A stretch of DNA of 64,000 nt from Candidatus Moraniibacteriota bacterium (GCA_027031495.1 JALVQA010000004.1:120070-184069), one strand, 5' to 3'; positions 10,384-20,199 are shown, numbered from the stretch's first letter. Notes: generated by a model not told the origin, from the letters alone. A program made the numbers and translations.

Positions 10384-11348
10384 TCAAAAACAGCATACAA
10401 CAACGGCCGGAGGGTGGACTTTTGCAAACGCGCGGATGGGCGGCTTTTATGCGCGCACTTGGTAGGGACACAGTTGTCATTACGCGCGGCAGACTTCTCA
10501 TTTTTGGCGTTATCCATGAGTTGCCGTATGTTGGGCGCTATCTTTATATACCTCGTGGTACCAAAGATGTTATGCGTCACATATCACACATCCGTGCGGC
10601 AGCACTACGGCGTGGGTGTGCGTGGGTGCGTATAGAGCCATTAGAAACACAGCGTGCATGTGATGGTTGCGTAGAAGCGCCACATGATATGCAGCCACGC
10701 TGTGTGTTGCAACTTGATATAACGCCAGATGAAGATACACTTTTGACGCAAATGAAGGGTAAAACACGGTATAATATTCGTCTTGCGCAAAAGAAAGGTG
10801 TTGTTATTCATGCATATCGTCACGGTGATGATGGCGCGGACGAAGCACTTGATGCATTTGTTACTCTTGTGCATGCGACGGCACGTCGTAAGCATGTACA
10901 TTTCCACCCTGCGAATTATTACAAGGAAATGTTTGCGCATGTCGGGCACGAAAGTGGCACGGATATAGTGCTGTACACAGCGGTGTATAACGATGAAGTT
11001 GTTGCGGCGAATCTTGTGACAATTTGTAACGGTACGGCGACGTATTTGCATGGTGCGACGTCTGATAAATATCGCAATGTAATGGCGCCGTTTTTGCTGC
11101 AATGGCGTCAAATTGTGGATGCGCGCAAGCAAGGATGTGCATGGTACGATTTTGGCGGTGTTTTTATCGGTAGTAATGATATCGGAAAGGTGGGTATCAG
11201 CCGTTTTAAAAAGGGTTTTGCGCCACGGAGTGTGCCATTGTGTGTGCCGGGGACCTATGATATTCCTCTCAAAAAAAGTTGCTACATCCTCTATCGCTTC
11301 CTTGGAAGTGTGAAAAAACTCTACCATAAAATGCATCATTTAAGGTAA
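10380..11348 (+). CDS. FemAB/FemX-family peptidoglycan bridge aminoacyltransferase
   Basis: LQT..W, YIPRG, KTRYNIRLA.KKG, YLHGA, YDFGG, FKKGF. Confidence 0.88.
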   Translation: MIKNSIQQRPEGGLLQTRGWAAFMRALGRDTVVITRGRLLIFGVIHELPYVGRYLYIPRGTKDVMRHISHIRAAALRRGCAWVRIEPLETQRACDGCVEAPHDMQPRCVLQLDITPDEDTLLTQMKGKTRYNIRLAQKKGVVIHAYRHGDDGADEALDAFVTLVHATARRKHVHFHPANYYKEMFAHVGHESGTDIVLYTAVYNDEVVAANLVTICNGTATYLHGATSDKYRNVMAPFLLQWRQIVDARKQGCAWYDFGGVFIGSNDIGKVGISRFKKGFAPRSVPLCVPGTYDIPLKKSCYILYRFLGSVKKLYHKMHHLR

Positions 11349-11350
11349 TT

Positions 11351-12685
11351 ATGGAGCGAATTCTCTTTTTTATCAAAAAGTACATACCACGAAGACTGTT
11401 TCGCACAGTACAGCCCTTTTATCATTTTGTCATCAATTTTTGTGCGGCACTGTGGTACGGTTTCCCTAGTCGTCGCATAATAGTTGTTGGCGTTACAGGC
11501 ACAACTGGTAAAACGACAACCGTCTTTTTTCTGGCGCATATTCTGCGACACGCCGGTATGCGTGTGGGTTATACATCAACAGCACTTCTTTCCGATGGTA
11601 AAAGGGATTGGCTTAATGACAAAAAAATGACCATGCTTGGTCGTTTTTTCACACAAAAGATGCTCGCGCGCATGCGGCGCAATGCGTGTGATGTTGCTAT
11701 TATTGAGACGACGAGCGAAGGTATCGTACAGTACAGGCACCGCTTTATCAATTATGACATCCTTCTCTTCACCGGTCTCTATCCAGAACATATAGAATCG
11801 CATGGCAGTTTCGATGCATACAAGGCCGCAAAAGTGCGTCTCTTTAAGCATCTTGCACGATGTGCAAAGAAACGCGCTGTTTCTGTAAAAAAGACAATCA
11901 TTGCAAATTGTGATGATGAACATGTGTGTGCATTTCTTGCACCGTGGGCTGAGAGGAAAATTGTTTTCTCGCAGAAGAAGTGTGAAAAAGAGTGTGCGCG
12001 AGGAGCTGAGCGATTACGGTATGCATATAAAGAGACAAATGACACGGGTGTAAAAATGCATTTCAATGGTAGTGAGGTGCAAACACGTCTTCTCGGTAGT
12101 TTTTCTGCAACAAACAGTGCTGCTGCAGCAAGCGTTGCCTATGCGCTTGGCGTGACACATGATGATATTATACGTGGTATTGAAAATCTGCCGGACGTGC
12201 CGGGGCGCATGGAGCGCATAAATGCGCCGGAAGGATATATGGTTATTGTTGATTATGCTTTTGAGCCAGTGGCGATGAGGCGGCTTTACGAGACAGTGGC
12301 ACACCTTAAACCGCAGAGGATTATTCACGTGCTTGGTGGTACCGGTGGTGGGCGCGATCGTGCGCGACGTCCGAAAATTGGCGCAATTGCCGGTAAGAAT
12401 GCGCACAGTGTAATAGTAACAAATGAAGACCCTTATGATGAAGATCCGCAACGTATTATGGAAGATGTTGCACGTGGTGTGCGCGCAGCGGGAAAAAGTG
12501 AGGGTAATGGTCTTGTAATTGTGCCTGATCGCCGTGATGCCATTCGCATGGCGCTTGTGCACGCGCAGGCTGGTGATATAGTACTAATTACGGGTAAGGG
12601 AAGCGAGCAGGCAATTTGCGTTGCGGAAGGTAGGATGGTACCACATGATGATCGTGCTGTTGTACGTGAGATTCTTGGTGTATAA
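11351..12685 (+). CDS. murE: MurE-like UDP-MurNAc-peptide ligase
   Basis: GVTGTTGKTTT, ETTS, EHIESHG, PGRME, VDYA, GKG. Confidence 0.85.
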   Translation: MERILFFIKKYIPRRLFRTVQPFYHFVINFCAALWYGFPSRRIIVVGVTGTTGKTTTVFFLAHILRHAGMRVGYTSTALLSDGKRDWLNDKKMTMLGRFFTQKMLARMRRNACDVAIIETTSEGIVQYRHRFINYDILLFTGLYPEHIESHGSFDAYKAAKVRLFKHLARCAKKRAVSVKKTIIANCDDEHVCAFLAPWAERKIVFSQKKCEKECARGAERLRYAYKETNDTGVKMHFNGSEVQTRLLGSFSATNSAAAASVAYALGVTHDDIIRGIENLPDVPGRMERINAPEGYMVIVDYAFEPVAMRRLYETVAHLKPQRIIHVLGGTGGGRDRARRPKIGAIAGKNAHSVIVTNEDPYDEDPQRIMEDVARGVRAAGKSEGNGLVIVPDRRDAIRMALVHAQAGDIVLITGKGSEQAICVAEGRMVPHDDRAVVREILGV

Positions 12686-12699
12686 TAAGTGAGGTAGGC

Positions 12700-12772
12700 G
12701 GGCCGTTAGCTCATCCGGTAGAGCGCATCCATGGCATGGATGAGGTGAGGAGTTCGAGTCTCCTACGGTCCA
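12700..12772 (+). tRNA. tRNA-Ala(GGC)
   Basis: Cloverleaf, G3:U70 pair, anticodon loop ATGGCAT, TTCGAGT T-loop; CCA not encoded. Confidence 0.95.
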
Positions 12773-12859
12773 CAGAGACGATACCTTGAAATTCTTGTGA
12801 AGTGTGGTAGTATTGACACGTATTCATGTATATCAGTGAGTAAATGAAATACTCCTTTT

Positions 12860-12951
12860 GGAGAGGTGGCTGAGTGGCTGAAAGCGGCACCCTGCTAAGG
12901 TGTTAACCTGGGAAACTGGGTTCGAGGGTTCGAATCCCTCCCTCTCCGCCA
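12860..12951 (+). tRNA. tRNA-Ser(GCT)
   Basis: GGAGAGG acceptor stem, anticodon GCT, long variable arm, encoded CCA. Confidence 0.95.
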
Positions 12952-13125
12952 ATTGGTATTCTGAGGAGGGGAATTTAAAAGGGCACGTCAGCCGATTTTC
13001 CCTTCAAAGTGGAATTTTTTACCTTTTAAAATAAAGTTCGAACCGATTATTGCTTTTTTGTTCAAAAGACTTCAATTTGTCTTTCAAAACTTGTTTTTGA
13101 TTGATGAGTTTGTTTTTTTATTTCT
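12952..13125 (-). pseudogene. Relic of the C-terminus of a site-specific (large serine) recombinase reading into tRNA-Ser
   Basis: Minus strand gives KLINQKQVLKDKLKSFEQKSNNRFEL and, in another frame, IGSNFILKGKKFHFEGKIG*RALL...NWRRGRDSNPR; resembles CPR recombinase tails as I recall them. Confidence 0.55.
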
Positions 13126-13309
13126 TGGATCACAGACGCTTAAATGCGAGGGAATTGTATGCTAAACTGTTAACAGTTATTAGTAGGCATTATTAAGTTA
13201 TCTGGTCTTGTACCTGTAATTATTAAAAAGCTGTAGAACGCCTTTGCCTTTTTGCATATATCTGATGTATAATAATGGCATAGTAACAGGCCTAGTGTCC
13301 TATTTTTTT

Positions 13310-14005
13310 ATGATCCCTCTCTTTAATCACCTTTCACAAAAAGACAAGAAGCGCGCAATTGAAGATTTAATTCATGACTCTACACCACGCTTGTCATTTT
13401 TCGCGCTTGTTATTCTTTCTGTCCTGATGGCAACATTTGGGTTATTGATTGATAATGCATCCGTTATTATCGGTTCCATGTTAATTGCACCGATTCTTTC
13501 ACCGATTCTCAGTTTAGCGATGGGGATTGTTATGAGTGATACAATGCTTGTTGTACGCAGTGGTATGACGCTGGTAAAATCTCTCGCGCTTGGTGTTGTT
13601 CTTGCAACACTCGCAACGCTATTTGTTTCGACAGAAAGTCGTGTTATTGGCACTGAGATCATGTCGCGCACACACCCATCACTCATTTTCTTTGCCATTG
13701 CTTTCATTGCCGGATTTGCTGCTGCTTTTGCGCGTGTTAATCCGGATTTATCTGAGACGTTGCCTGGCATTGCGATCAGTGTTGCTTTGATTCCGCCGGT
13801 TGGTGTAATGGGTATTGGCGTAGCACTTTTGAATTGGTCAATGATTAGTGGTGCAGCGATGCTGTTCGCGGTTAACGTTGTTGGTATTATTTTTGCGAGT
13901 ATGCTCGTGTTTTCTATGATGGATCTTTATATCAATCGTGATGTAGCGGTGCGTGCAGCAAAAGCTGAGGATCGTGCTCTTGCGAAGGAAAAAAGTGTCA
14001 GTTGA
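13310..14005 (+). CDS. DUF389/TIGR00341 membrane protein
   Basis: ATFGLL.DN.SVIIGSMLIAP, LPGIAISVALIPP. Confidence 0.88.
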   Translation: MIPLFNHLSQKDKKRAIEDLIHDSTPRLSFFALVILSVLMATFGLLIDNASVIIGSMLIAPILSPILSLAMGIVMSDTMLVVRSGMTLVKSLALGVVLATLATLFVSTESRVIGTEIMSRTHPSLIFFAIAFIAGFAAAFARVNPDLSETLPGIAISVALIPPVGVMGIGVALLNWSMISGAAMLFAVNVVGIIFASMLVFSMMDLYINRDVAVRAAKAEDRALAKEKSVS

Positions 14006-14027
14006 TTATAGTTATAGCTTATTGTGT

Positions 14028-15092
14028 ATGATGAATTTGCGCCATCTTAATACATTTTTCTTTCTTGGTGTACTTATTACGGTAACGTGGAGTGCGTATC
14101 TTCTCTTTATCCCCTTTATTGGTCCGATTTTTACGGCAGTTGTTTTGGCAATTTTGTTTTATCCTCTCTATGAGCGTTTGTGCGCGCTAACAAATGGGCG
14201 TAAAGCGCTCGCTGCCAGTAGTGTGCTGCTTGTTATTGCACTGACAATTATTTTACCGATTGTTAGTGTGAGTATGCTTCTTGTGGGGGAGGTGACGGAT
14301 ATTGTGCAAAACGTTGCTGCCAGCAGCGAGCCAGCACGAATTATTGAACAAAAGGTTGATAAAATTGCTTCCATAGTGCCAGGTTTCTCTTCATACCTTG
14401 CCATATCGCAGGATACATTCACAAATATTGCACAGCATACGGGGTCTTTCTTTGTTAAGGTGGCACAAAAAACATATGCCAACGTTATTGGTAGTGTTCT
14501 TGGTGTCTTCGTACTCTTTTTTACACTTTTCTTTCTTTTTGTTGATGGGAAAAAATTTGCGCAGAAGCTTATGTTTCTTTCGCCTCTTTCTGATAGACAC
14601 GAGCGCCTTCTTTTCGAGACATTTAGCGCTATGAGTCGTGCTACGATCAAGGGCACGATTATTATTGGCTTTATTCAAGGCTCTCTTGGTGCGCTTGCAT
14701 TTTATATTGCCGGTGTACCGAGCGTCTTTGTATGGTTTGTTGTAATGGTCTTTCTTGCAATCATTCCATTTCTTGGTGTGGGTATTATCGGCTTTCCTGC
14801 CGCTCTCTACTATTTGATTACCGGTAATACGGTTGCAGGTCTCATTCTTCTTGGTTCATTTATTTTCATTTCCTTTATTGATAATTATTTACGTCCGCTT
14901 ATCGTTGGTCGTGACGCGCAAATGCATACACTACTTGTCTTTTTTGCTACGCTTGGCGGTATTATGACTTTTGGTTTGATTGGCTTTATTGTTGGTCCGA
15001 TTATTATGGCGCTGTTCGTAACACTTTGGCATATTTACGGATTGGAGTTTGAACAACAGCTTAAAAAGCATAACAACATGTCCGGCAAATAG
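14028..15092 (+). CDS. AI-2E family transporter
   Basis: Multi-TM; DNYLRP.IVG...MH...FFATLGG...FG.IG...GP. Confidence 0.88.
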   Translation: MMNLRHLNTFFFLGVLITVTWSAYLLFIPFIGPIFTAVVLAILFYPLYERLCALTNGRKALAASSVLLVIALTIILPIVSVSMLLVGEVTDIVQNVAASSEPARIIEQKVDKIASIVPGFSSYLAISQDTFTNIAQHTGSFFVKVAQKTYANVIGSVLGVFVLFFTLFFLFVDGKKFAQKLMFLSPLSDRHERLLFETFSAMSRATIKGTIIIGFIQGSLGALAFYIAGVPSVFVWFVVMVFLAIIPFLGVGIIGFPAALYYLITGNTVAGLILLGSFIFISFIDNYLRPLIVGRDAQMHTLLVFFATLGGIMTFGLIGFIVGPIIMALFVTLWHIYGLEFEQQLKKHNNMSGK

Positions 15093-15156
15093 CGCTTTGT
15101 TTATCAATGCACAGCAGCACTTGTTGTGATTGTCTTTGCTTGTCGCCTATTAAAGT

Positions 15157-15993
15157 ATGTATGAACACCTTCCACAAATGATTAGTCCAATTGCGCTATC
15201 AATTGGTGGTTTTTCTGTGCGGTGGTATGGCCTCATGTGGCTTGTGGCATTTGCGGTTACGTGGCTACTACTCATGGTGCGCGTGCGTTTGCGTGAAAAT
15301 CAATCACTTCACGGTCTGACAAATAATGTGCTTGGTGATATGGTTTTAATGTCCGCTCTCGGTGGTGTTATCGGTGGTCGCCTTGGTTATGCACTGTTTT
15401 ATGACTATATGTTTTTTAGCGAATATCCTTCTGCGCTCGTTTGGCCGTTTGTGAACGGTCATTTTACTGGTATCAGTGGTATGAGTTTTCATGGTGGTGC
15501 AATTGGCATTCTCTGCGTTTTATTTTTTTATGCGCAAAAGTATAAGTGGTCATTCTTAGCGCTTACCGATTTTGTTGTTCCCGCTATTCCTCTCGGCTAT
15601 TTTTTTGGTCGTCTCGGCAACTTTCTAAATCACGAATTATGGGGGCGAGTGACGACATATCCAATCGGTATGTACTTTGCTGAAGCATCGGATGGTGGAA
15701 CAGTGCTACGTCATCCATCACAGCTATACGAGGCATTTTTTGAGGGAATTGTACTATTTGTTTTGTTGTGGGTTTTGCGCAACCGCTTCACTTCACTTCG
15801 TGGTTTTATAACAGGTGTTTTTGTATGTGGCTACAGCGTTGCACGATATGGTGTTGAATTTTTTCGTGAGCCTGATGCACATATCGGTTTTGTTGTTCTC
15901 TCGCTTTCGATGGGGCAAGCACTTTCTATCTTAATGTTTTTGTGTGGCATTATTCTTGTGTACTACTCTCTGCAATGTAGAAAGTATACATAA
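15157..15993 (+). CDS. lgt: Prolipoprotein diacylglyceryl transferase
   Basis: WYG, GGRLGY, GMSFHGG, GRLGNF.N.EL.GR, HPSQLYE, EFFREPD. Confidence 0.97.
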   Translation: MYEHLPQMISPIALSIGGFSVRWYGLMWLVAFAVTWLLLMVRVRLRENQSLHGLTNNVLGDMVLMSALGGVIGGRLGYALFYDYMFFSEYPSALVWPFVNGHFTGISGMSFHGGAIGILCVLFFYAQKYKWSFLALTDFVVPAIPLGYFFGRLGNFLNHELWGRVTTYPIGMYFAEASDGGTVLRHPSQLYEAFFEGIVLFVLLWVLRNRFTSLRGFITGVFVCGYSVARYGVEFFREPDAHIGFVVLSLSMGQALSILMFLCGIILVYYSLQCRKYT

Positions 15994-16037
15994 AATTTCA
16001 TTACTTGTGGATAGTTTCTGAGGCGCTTTGTGCTATA

Positions 16038-17108
16038 ATGGCGTATATGGACATCATCCGTAAACAAAAAAACAAAGAGGAAACACAGAACTATTGTGTG
16101 CGCTTTAGTGATGCACAAAAGCGCCTTGCGCACTATCATGATAATCCTCGTCGCGCGTTGCGTCTTGCACGTGCCGGTTTCCGGTCGCACTTTTTCTACA
16201 CGGAGGATTCTGGTCGTTATGTCACACCACGCCAGCGTGCACATATGGCACGTGGAGAGTATCCAACACGTACATGCACATCATTTGATGCGATACGTTA
16301 TCGCTACAGCACGGCACACACGCCGTGGTCTATGTCACAGATACACACATGGCGTATGCAACCACTTCGCACTGCTTATGCATCGTGGCGTGGCTGGTGG
16401 CATTTTGACATCTCTCCTGTGCGTGCATGGAACCTCTCTCTTATTGGGGCAATACTTTTTGGTATGATTTCCATGACGATGATCTATCGTTCTTTTGGGC
16501 AATTTGCTTTTGCAACGGAACCAAGCGCTACACCTGTTCATAATGGCTATTATAATGAACGTTCTGTGGAGGATGGTGCTGTCGCTCCTGTAACCGTAGC
16601 TGCACGTGAAATTGCAGCGCAAAGTGCCGCGTATGTTGTAAATAAAAAACAAGGACAAACTACTGTAAAACGTGATCCAACGCAAATTGCTTTTGAGAAA
16701 CGTGCGCGTGAAATGGTTAAGGGGTATCCCATTGAAAAAATGTTGCCAGAAATTTTTAAACAGGATCGCGTTGTTGCAAGTTTCTTAATTGCAATTGCAA
16801 AACAGGAAAGTCAGTGGGGAAAGCGTGTTCCTGTCCTGCATGGTGAAGACTGCTATAATTATTGGGGATTTCGTGCAAAGCGTGCGCGTATGGGGACCGG
16901 TGGACATACGTGTTTTGATTCCAGGGCCGATGCAGTTACAACGGTTGGGCGCAGGATTCACGATCTGGTGTATAAATATAATAAAACGACAGCGGATCGT
17001 CTTATTGTGTGGAAATGTGGCTATAGCTGTCAAGGGCATGATCCTGGTAACGTGGTTGCATGGAAGCGCACGGTACAGCGTTACTACGATGCGTTAATGA
17101 AAGAATAA
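16038..17108 (+). CDS. Single-pass membrane protein with C-terminal lysozyme/glucosaminidase-like domain
   Basis: Internal TM; IAIAKQESQWGK...NYWG pattern; start position uncertain. Confidence 0.55.
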   Translation: MAYMDIIRKQKNKEETQNYCVRFSDAQKRLAHYHDNPRRALRLARAGFRSHFFYTEDSGRYVTPRQRAHMARGEYPTRTCTSFDAIRYRYSTAHTPWSMSQIHTWRMQPLRTAYASWRGWWHFDISPVRAWNLSLIGAILFGMISMTMIYRSFGQFAFATEPSATPVHNGYYNERSVEDGAVAPVTVAAREIAAQSAAYVVNKKQGQTTVKRDPTQIAFEKRAREMVKGYPIEKMLPEIFKQDRVVASFLIAIAKQESQWGKRVPVLHGEDCYNYWGFRAKRARMGTGGHTCFDSRADAVTTVGRRIHDLVYKYNKTTADRLIVWKCGYSCQGHDPGNVVAWKRTVQRYYDALMKE

Positions 17109-17222
17109 AAACATCTATTTGGGTCGGTGTCACCGACCCTTTATCATGGTATACTGAAGTAATGGGTCAAGTTTGTCATCTTTTACATTGATGACCCATT
17201 AAAGAAAAACAAAAATGTTCCC

Positions 17223-18320
17223 ATGATTAAAGGTGGTGATATAAACCTTGCTTCTGGTACGATTTATGTCAGAGGTTTGCATTCGTCGATACGGAGACGC
17301 ACGCTTTTCGTGCGTGAGTCTGTTCTTGGTATCGTGCTTTTTGTTGCGCTTTTTTTCCTTTTCCTTTTTCTTTTCAATCTTGACTATGCGATGTTGGCAC
17401 GTCGTATACAAGCATTCATGGATCCTGATGGTTTTACGCGGACAGAGCGTATTCCAAGTACATGGTTACAGCGCTACAATATCGTTATTACGTCTCCTGA
17501 GGATTTTGAATTAGACCAAGATCACGATGGTTTAACGCTTTATCAAGAATATATTTACCTTACTGATCCGATTGTAGCAGATACAGATGGTGATGGTGTG
17601 TCAGATGGTGAGGAAGTTGCAAAGGGGCAGAATCCACGCGGTCTCGGTATACTGGATATGGATCATGATAGTCTACCAGATACATGGGAGCGCACTTATG
17701 GTCTCAGTACGTTGCGTAATGATCGAGACGAAGATATAGATAATGATGGTTTGTCAAATTGGCGTGAGTTTCTTCATAAAACAGATCCAAAAAATCCCGA
17801 TACGGATAATGATACATTTATGGACGGCACGGAAGTGCGCAATGGCTATGATCCGGACGCGCCTGGTGACGCGCGTCCGGCTGTAACAATCATCATCGAT
17901 AAGATTAATGTGAAGGTACCGATGGTATGGTCAACATCGGTTCTTGAGGAACAACTACAAAATGATTTGAAGAGAGGGGCAATTCACTATCCACGTACTG
18001 CTGCGCCAGGTCAAAATGGTAACATGTTTGTTGCGGCGCATTCCAGTAATTACGCATGGGCTGAAGGTAATTTTAATCGCGTTTTTGCGCGCTTAAATGA
18101 GCTTGTAGTAGGTGATGTTATTACGGTGAAAGTAACACAGGCGAACGGTGCTGTACTTGAGTATCTCTATAGGGTTACGCAGAAACGTGTTGTACAACCC
18201 GATGACCCATGGATCTTTCTTAAGACTGATAAACCAACAGCAACATTCTCAACATGTTGGCCAATCGGCACGCGGCAAAAGCGTCTTATTATAAAAGCTG
18301 ATCTTGTGCAATCGCACTAA
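17223..18320 (+). CDS. Sortase with N-terminal TM and Ca-binding TSP3-like repeats
   Basis: DxDxDG...E...TDP repeats; GN...AAH, STC.P.G...RL catalytic His/Cys/Arg. Confidence 0.88.
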   Translation: MIKGGDINLASGTIYVRGLHSSIRRRTLFVRESVLGIVLFVALFFLFLFLFNLDYAMLARRIQAFMDPDGFTRTERIPSTWLQRYNIVITSPEDFELDQDHDGLTLYQEYIYLTDPIVADTDGDGVSDGEEVAKGQNPRGLGILDMDHDSLPDTWERTYGLSTLRNDRDEDIDNDGLSNWREFLHKTDPKNPDTDNDTFMDGTEVRNGYDPDAPGDARPAVTIIIDKINVKVPMVWSTSVLEEQLQNDLKRGAIHYPRTAAPGQNGNMFVAAHSSNYAWAEGNFNRVFARLNELVVGDVITVKVTQANGAVLEYLYRVTQKRVVQPDDPWIFLKTDKPTATFSTCWPIGTRQKRLIIKADLVQSH

Positions 18321-18381
18321 CTCTCATTTTCTCGTTTTGTGCTACATAGTGTATAATGACATATTGTGTGGTTTGCAATTT

Positions 18382-19326
18382 ATGAATCCTCTTGTACGTA
18401 CAATTCTTGCTACGATATCCTATTATGACGCAATGGATTATCCTTTAACGCTTTTTGAGATATGGCGTTTTTTGAGTTTTGAGGATATTAATGTGCCGGC
18501 ACAATACCGCAAAGAGCGAACGCTAAAGGATGTGCAGGATATTGTTGATCATCTTGTGCGCGATAAACACATTGTGTGTACGAACGGTTTTTATGCTCTG
18601 ATTGGACGAGAGCATCTTGTTCGTGAGCGTCAGCGAAGAACGATATTGTCGATTGATAAGTTGTATAGAATGCGCCGCTGTGTAAAATTCTTGCGCCATG
18701 TGCCATTTGTGCGCATGGTACTCGTGACGGGACGTCTTGCGATGAAGCACGCCGAAGAGAACAGTGACTGGGATGTTCTCATTGTTTTAAAGAGGGGATT
18801 TATTTGGACGGGACGTTTTTTTGTTACAGTGGTGACACATGTTCTCGGGCGTCGGCGGACTGACGCTCATCACGCGGATCGACTTTGTCTTAATTATTTT
18901 ATCACGACCGGTTCATTGAAAATTTCACTTGATGATCGTTACAGTGCACATGAATACATGATGGCACGACCACTTTTTGCTAGCATAAATCCACAAAGAT
19001 TTCTTTCTGCAAATCTATGGATTAAGCGTTTTCGTCCGCATTTTGATACGTTATTTGTGCAATCCCCGTATTTTATTGATGATACTGCGACGGCATATAT
19101 AATGCGACACTTTTGTGAATGGTGTTTGCGTGTAATTCATATTGAACCACTTCTTCAAAAAATACAGTATGTGAAGATTATGAAAAATCCAAAAACTTCT
19201 CGTGAAAATAGTGTAATTGTTGCTAATGATAGGGAGCTTATTTTCCTACCCTGTCCTCATAGCAAGCGCGTGTTAGCCGCTTATCATAAGCGATGTCGCT
19301 CTCTTGGTCTGCGCAGTTGTGCATAG
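18382..19326 (+). CDS. Hypothetical protein with pol-beta nucleotidyltransferase-like motif
   Basis: VTGRLA......SDWDVLIV resembles the GS...DxD signature. Confidence 0.6.
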   Translation: MNPLVRTILATISYYDAMDYPLTLFEIWRFLSFEDINVPAQYRKERTLKDVQDIVDHLVRDKHIVCTNGFYALIGREHLVRERQRRTILSIDKLYRMRRCVKFLRHVPFVRMVLVTGRLAMKHAEENSDWDVLIVLKRGFIWTGRFFVTVVTHVLGRRRTDAHHADRLCLNYFITTGSLKISLDDRYSAHEYMMARPLFASINPQRFLSANLWIKRFRPHFDTLFVQSPYFIDDTATAYIMRHFCEWCLRVIHIEPLLQKIQYVKIMKNPKTSRENSVIVANDRELIFLPCPHSKRVLAAYHKRCRSLGLRSCA

Positions 19327-19598
19327 TTTCCGCATAGTGTTTATATGGCACGCTATACAGTATAATTTTTCTGTGACCAAATTATTTCCATATAGTAGCG
19401 CTTATGAAATATGTCACCAAAAGTGTATGCTTTGAATGCGCTCTGCTTTCAGTGTATTCTTACTAAGTATCAAAAATATTGTGCAGTATGTGTGCAATCT
19501 TATGCACGTGACTAAAATGAATGCATTTTATAGTAATGTTATCTTTTGAATGATGTAGTAATAATTGAGTAACAATGTTTATGAGTTGTGACAGGGTA

Positions 19599-19627
19599 TT
19601 GACAAGGCGGTTTTTGCATGCTAGAAT
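19599..19627 (+). promoter_or_regulatory. Sigma70-type promoter
   Basis: TTGACA-17 nt-TAGAAT. Confidence 0.75.
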
Positions 19628-19633
19628 AGTGGT

Positions 19634-19713
19634 GTGAATAAAGGAATCGGGTGATTCCGCAAACTGCCAATGTGGCCACTGGCAGGTGCGGGGCGCCCGG
19701 TTTTTTTATTCGC
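19634..19713 (+). ncRNA. Unassigned long hairpin RNA (sRNA or 5' leader)
   Basis: 20-bp basal stem, 7-bp and 6-bp upper stems, several G.U pairs valid only on + strand; begins at the expected transcription start. Confidence 0.55.
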
Positions 19714-19764
19714 TAGAATTGTTGAATAAAACGATTCTACGTAATACGTTAATAAAATAAAAAT

Positions 19765-19962
19765 ATGAAAAAGAAGGCAGATACATGTGGAAGTTGTGGA
19801 TGTGGCGGTGCCACAGATGAGTCAACAGAGGAGAAATGCACACAAACGTGCGGATCATGCGATGTTGAGTTTAAAGTGAGCGAGGATGCACGCTTTGCAA
19901 CATTGCTCATGCTTGTCCCAATGTTGACGCTTAGTGCGTTTAGTATGATGGGACTCCTGTAA
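19765..19962 (+). CDS. Small Cys-rich protein with C-terminal hydrophobic helix
   Basis: 65 aa; two TCGSC motifs; downstream of a strong promoter. Confidence 0.65.
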   Translation: MKKKADTCGSCGCGGATDESTEEKCTQTCGSCDVEFKVSEDARFATLLMLVPMLTLSAFSMMGLL

Positions 19963-20144
19963 AATAGTCTTTGAGGAGAATGTTCAAAAAGGAGGGAGTA
20001 GTGTGCACGTTTTGTGAGAGGAGAGAAGGACATAGCTGTACAGCAAAAAAAAATAGTTCCTTACGTGGCAACCCTGTGTTGCCGTAAAACAAAAAAAGAC
20101 AATTAAATATAGATAGACATTTGCTATAATTATAGCTACCAAAT

Positions 20145-20174
20145 AAAACCCACTCTTAGCGAGAGCGGGTTTTT
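20145..20174 (-). terminator. Terminator after efp (possibly bidirectional)
   Basis: AAAACCCACTCT...AGAGCGGGTTTT hairpin. Confidence 0.6.
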
Positions 20175-20199
20175 ACTATTGCGCAAAAAATGCGTCCTT

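Noticed and set aside
19327-19598. Replication origin in the AT-rich gap
   Set aside because: No clear DnaA boxes found by eye and no dnaA nearby
19634-19713. SRP RNA or c-di-GMP-I riboswitch
   Set aside because: Lacks the SRP domain IV loop with its GNRA tetraloop and the two-hairpin GEMM layout
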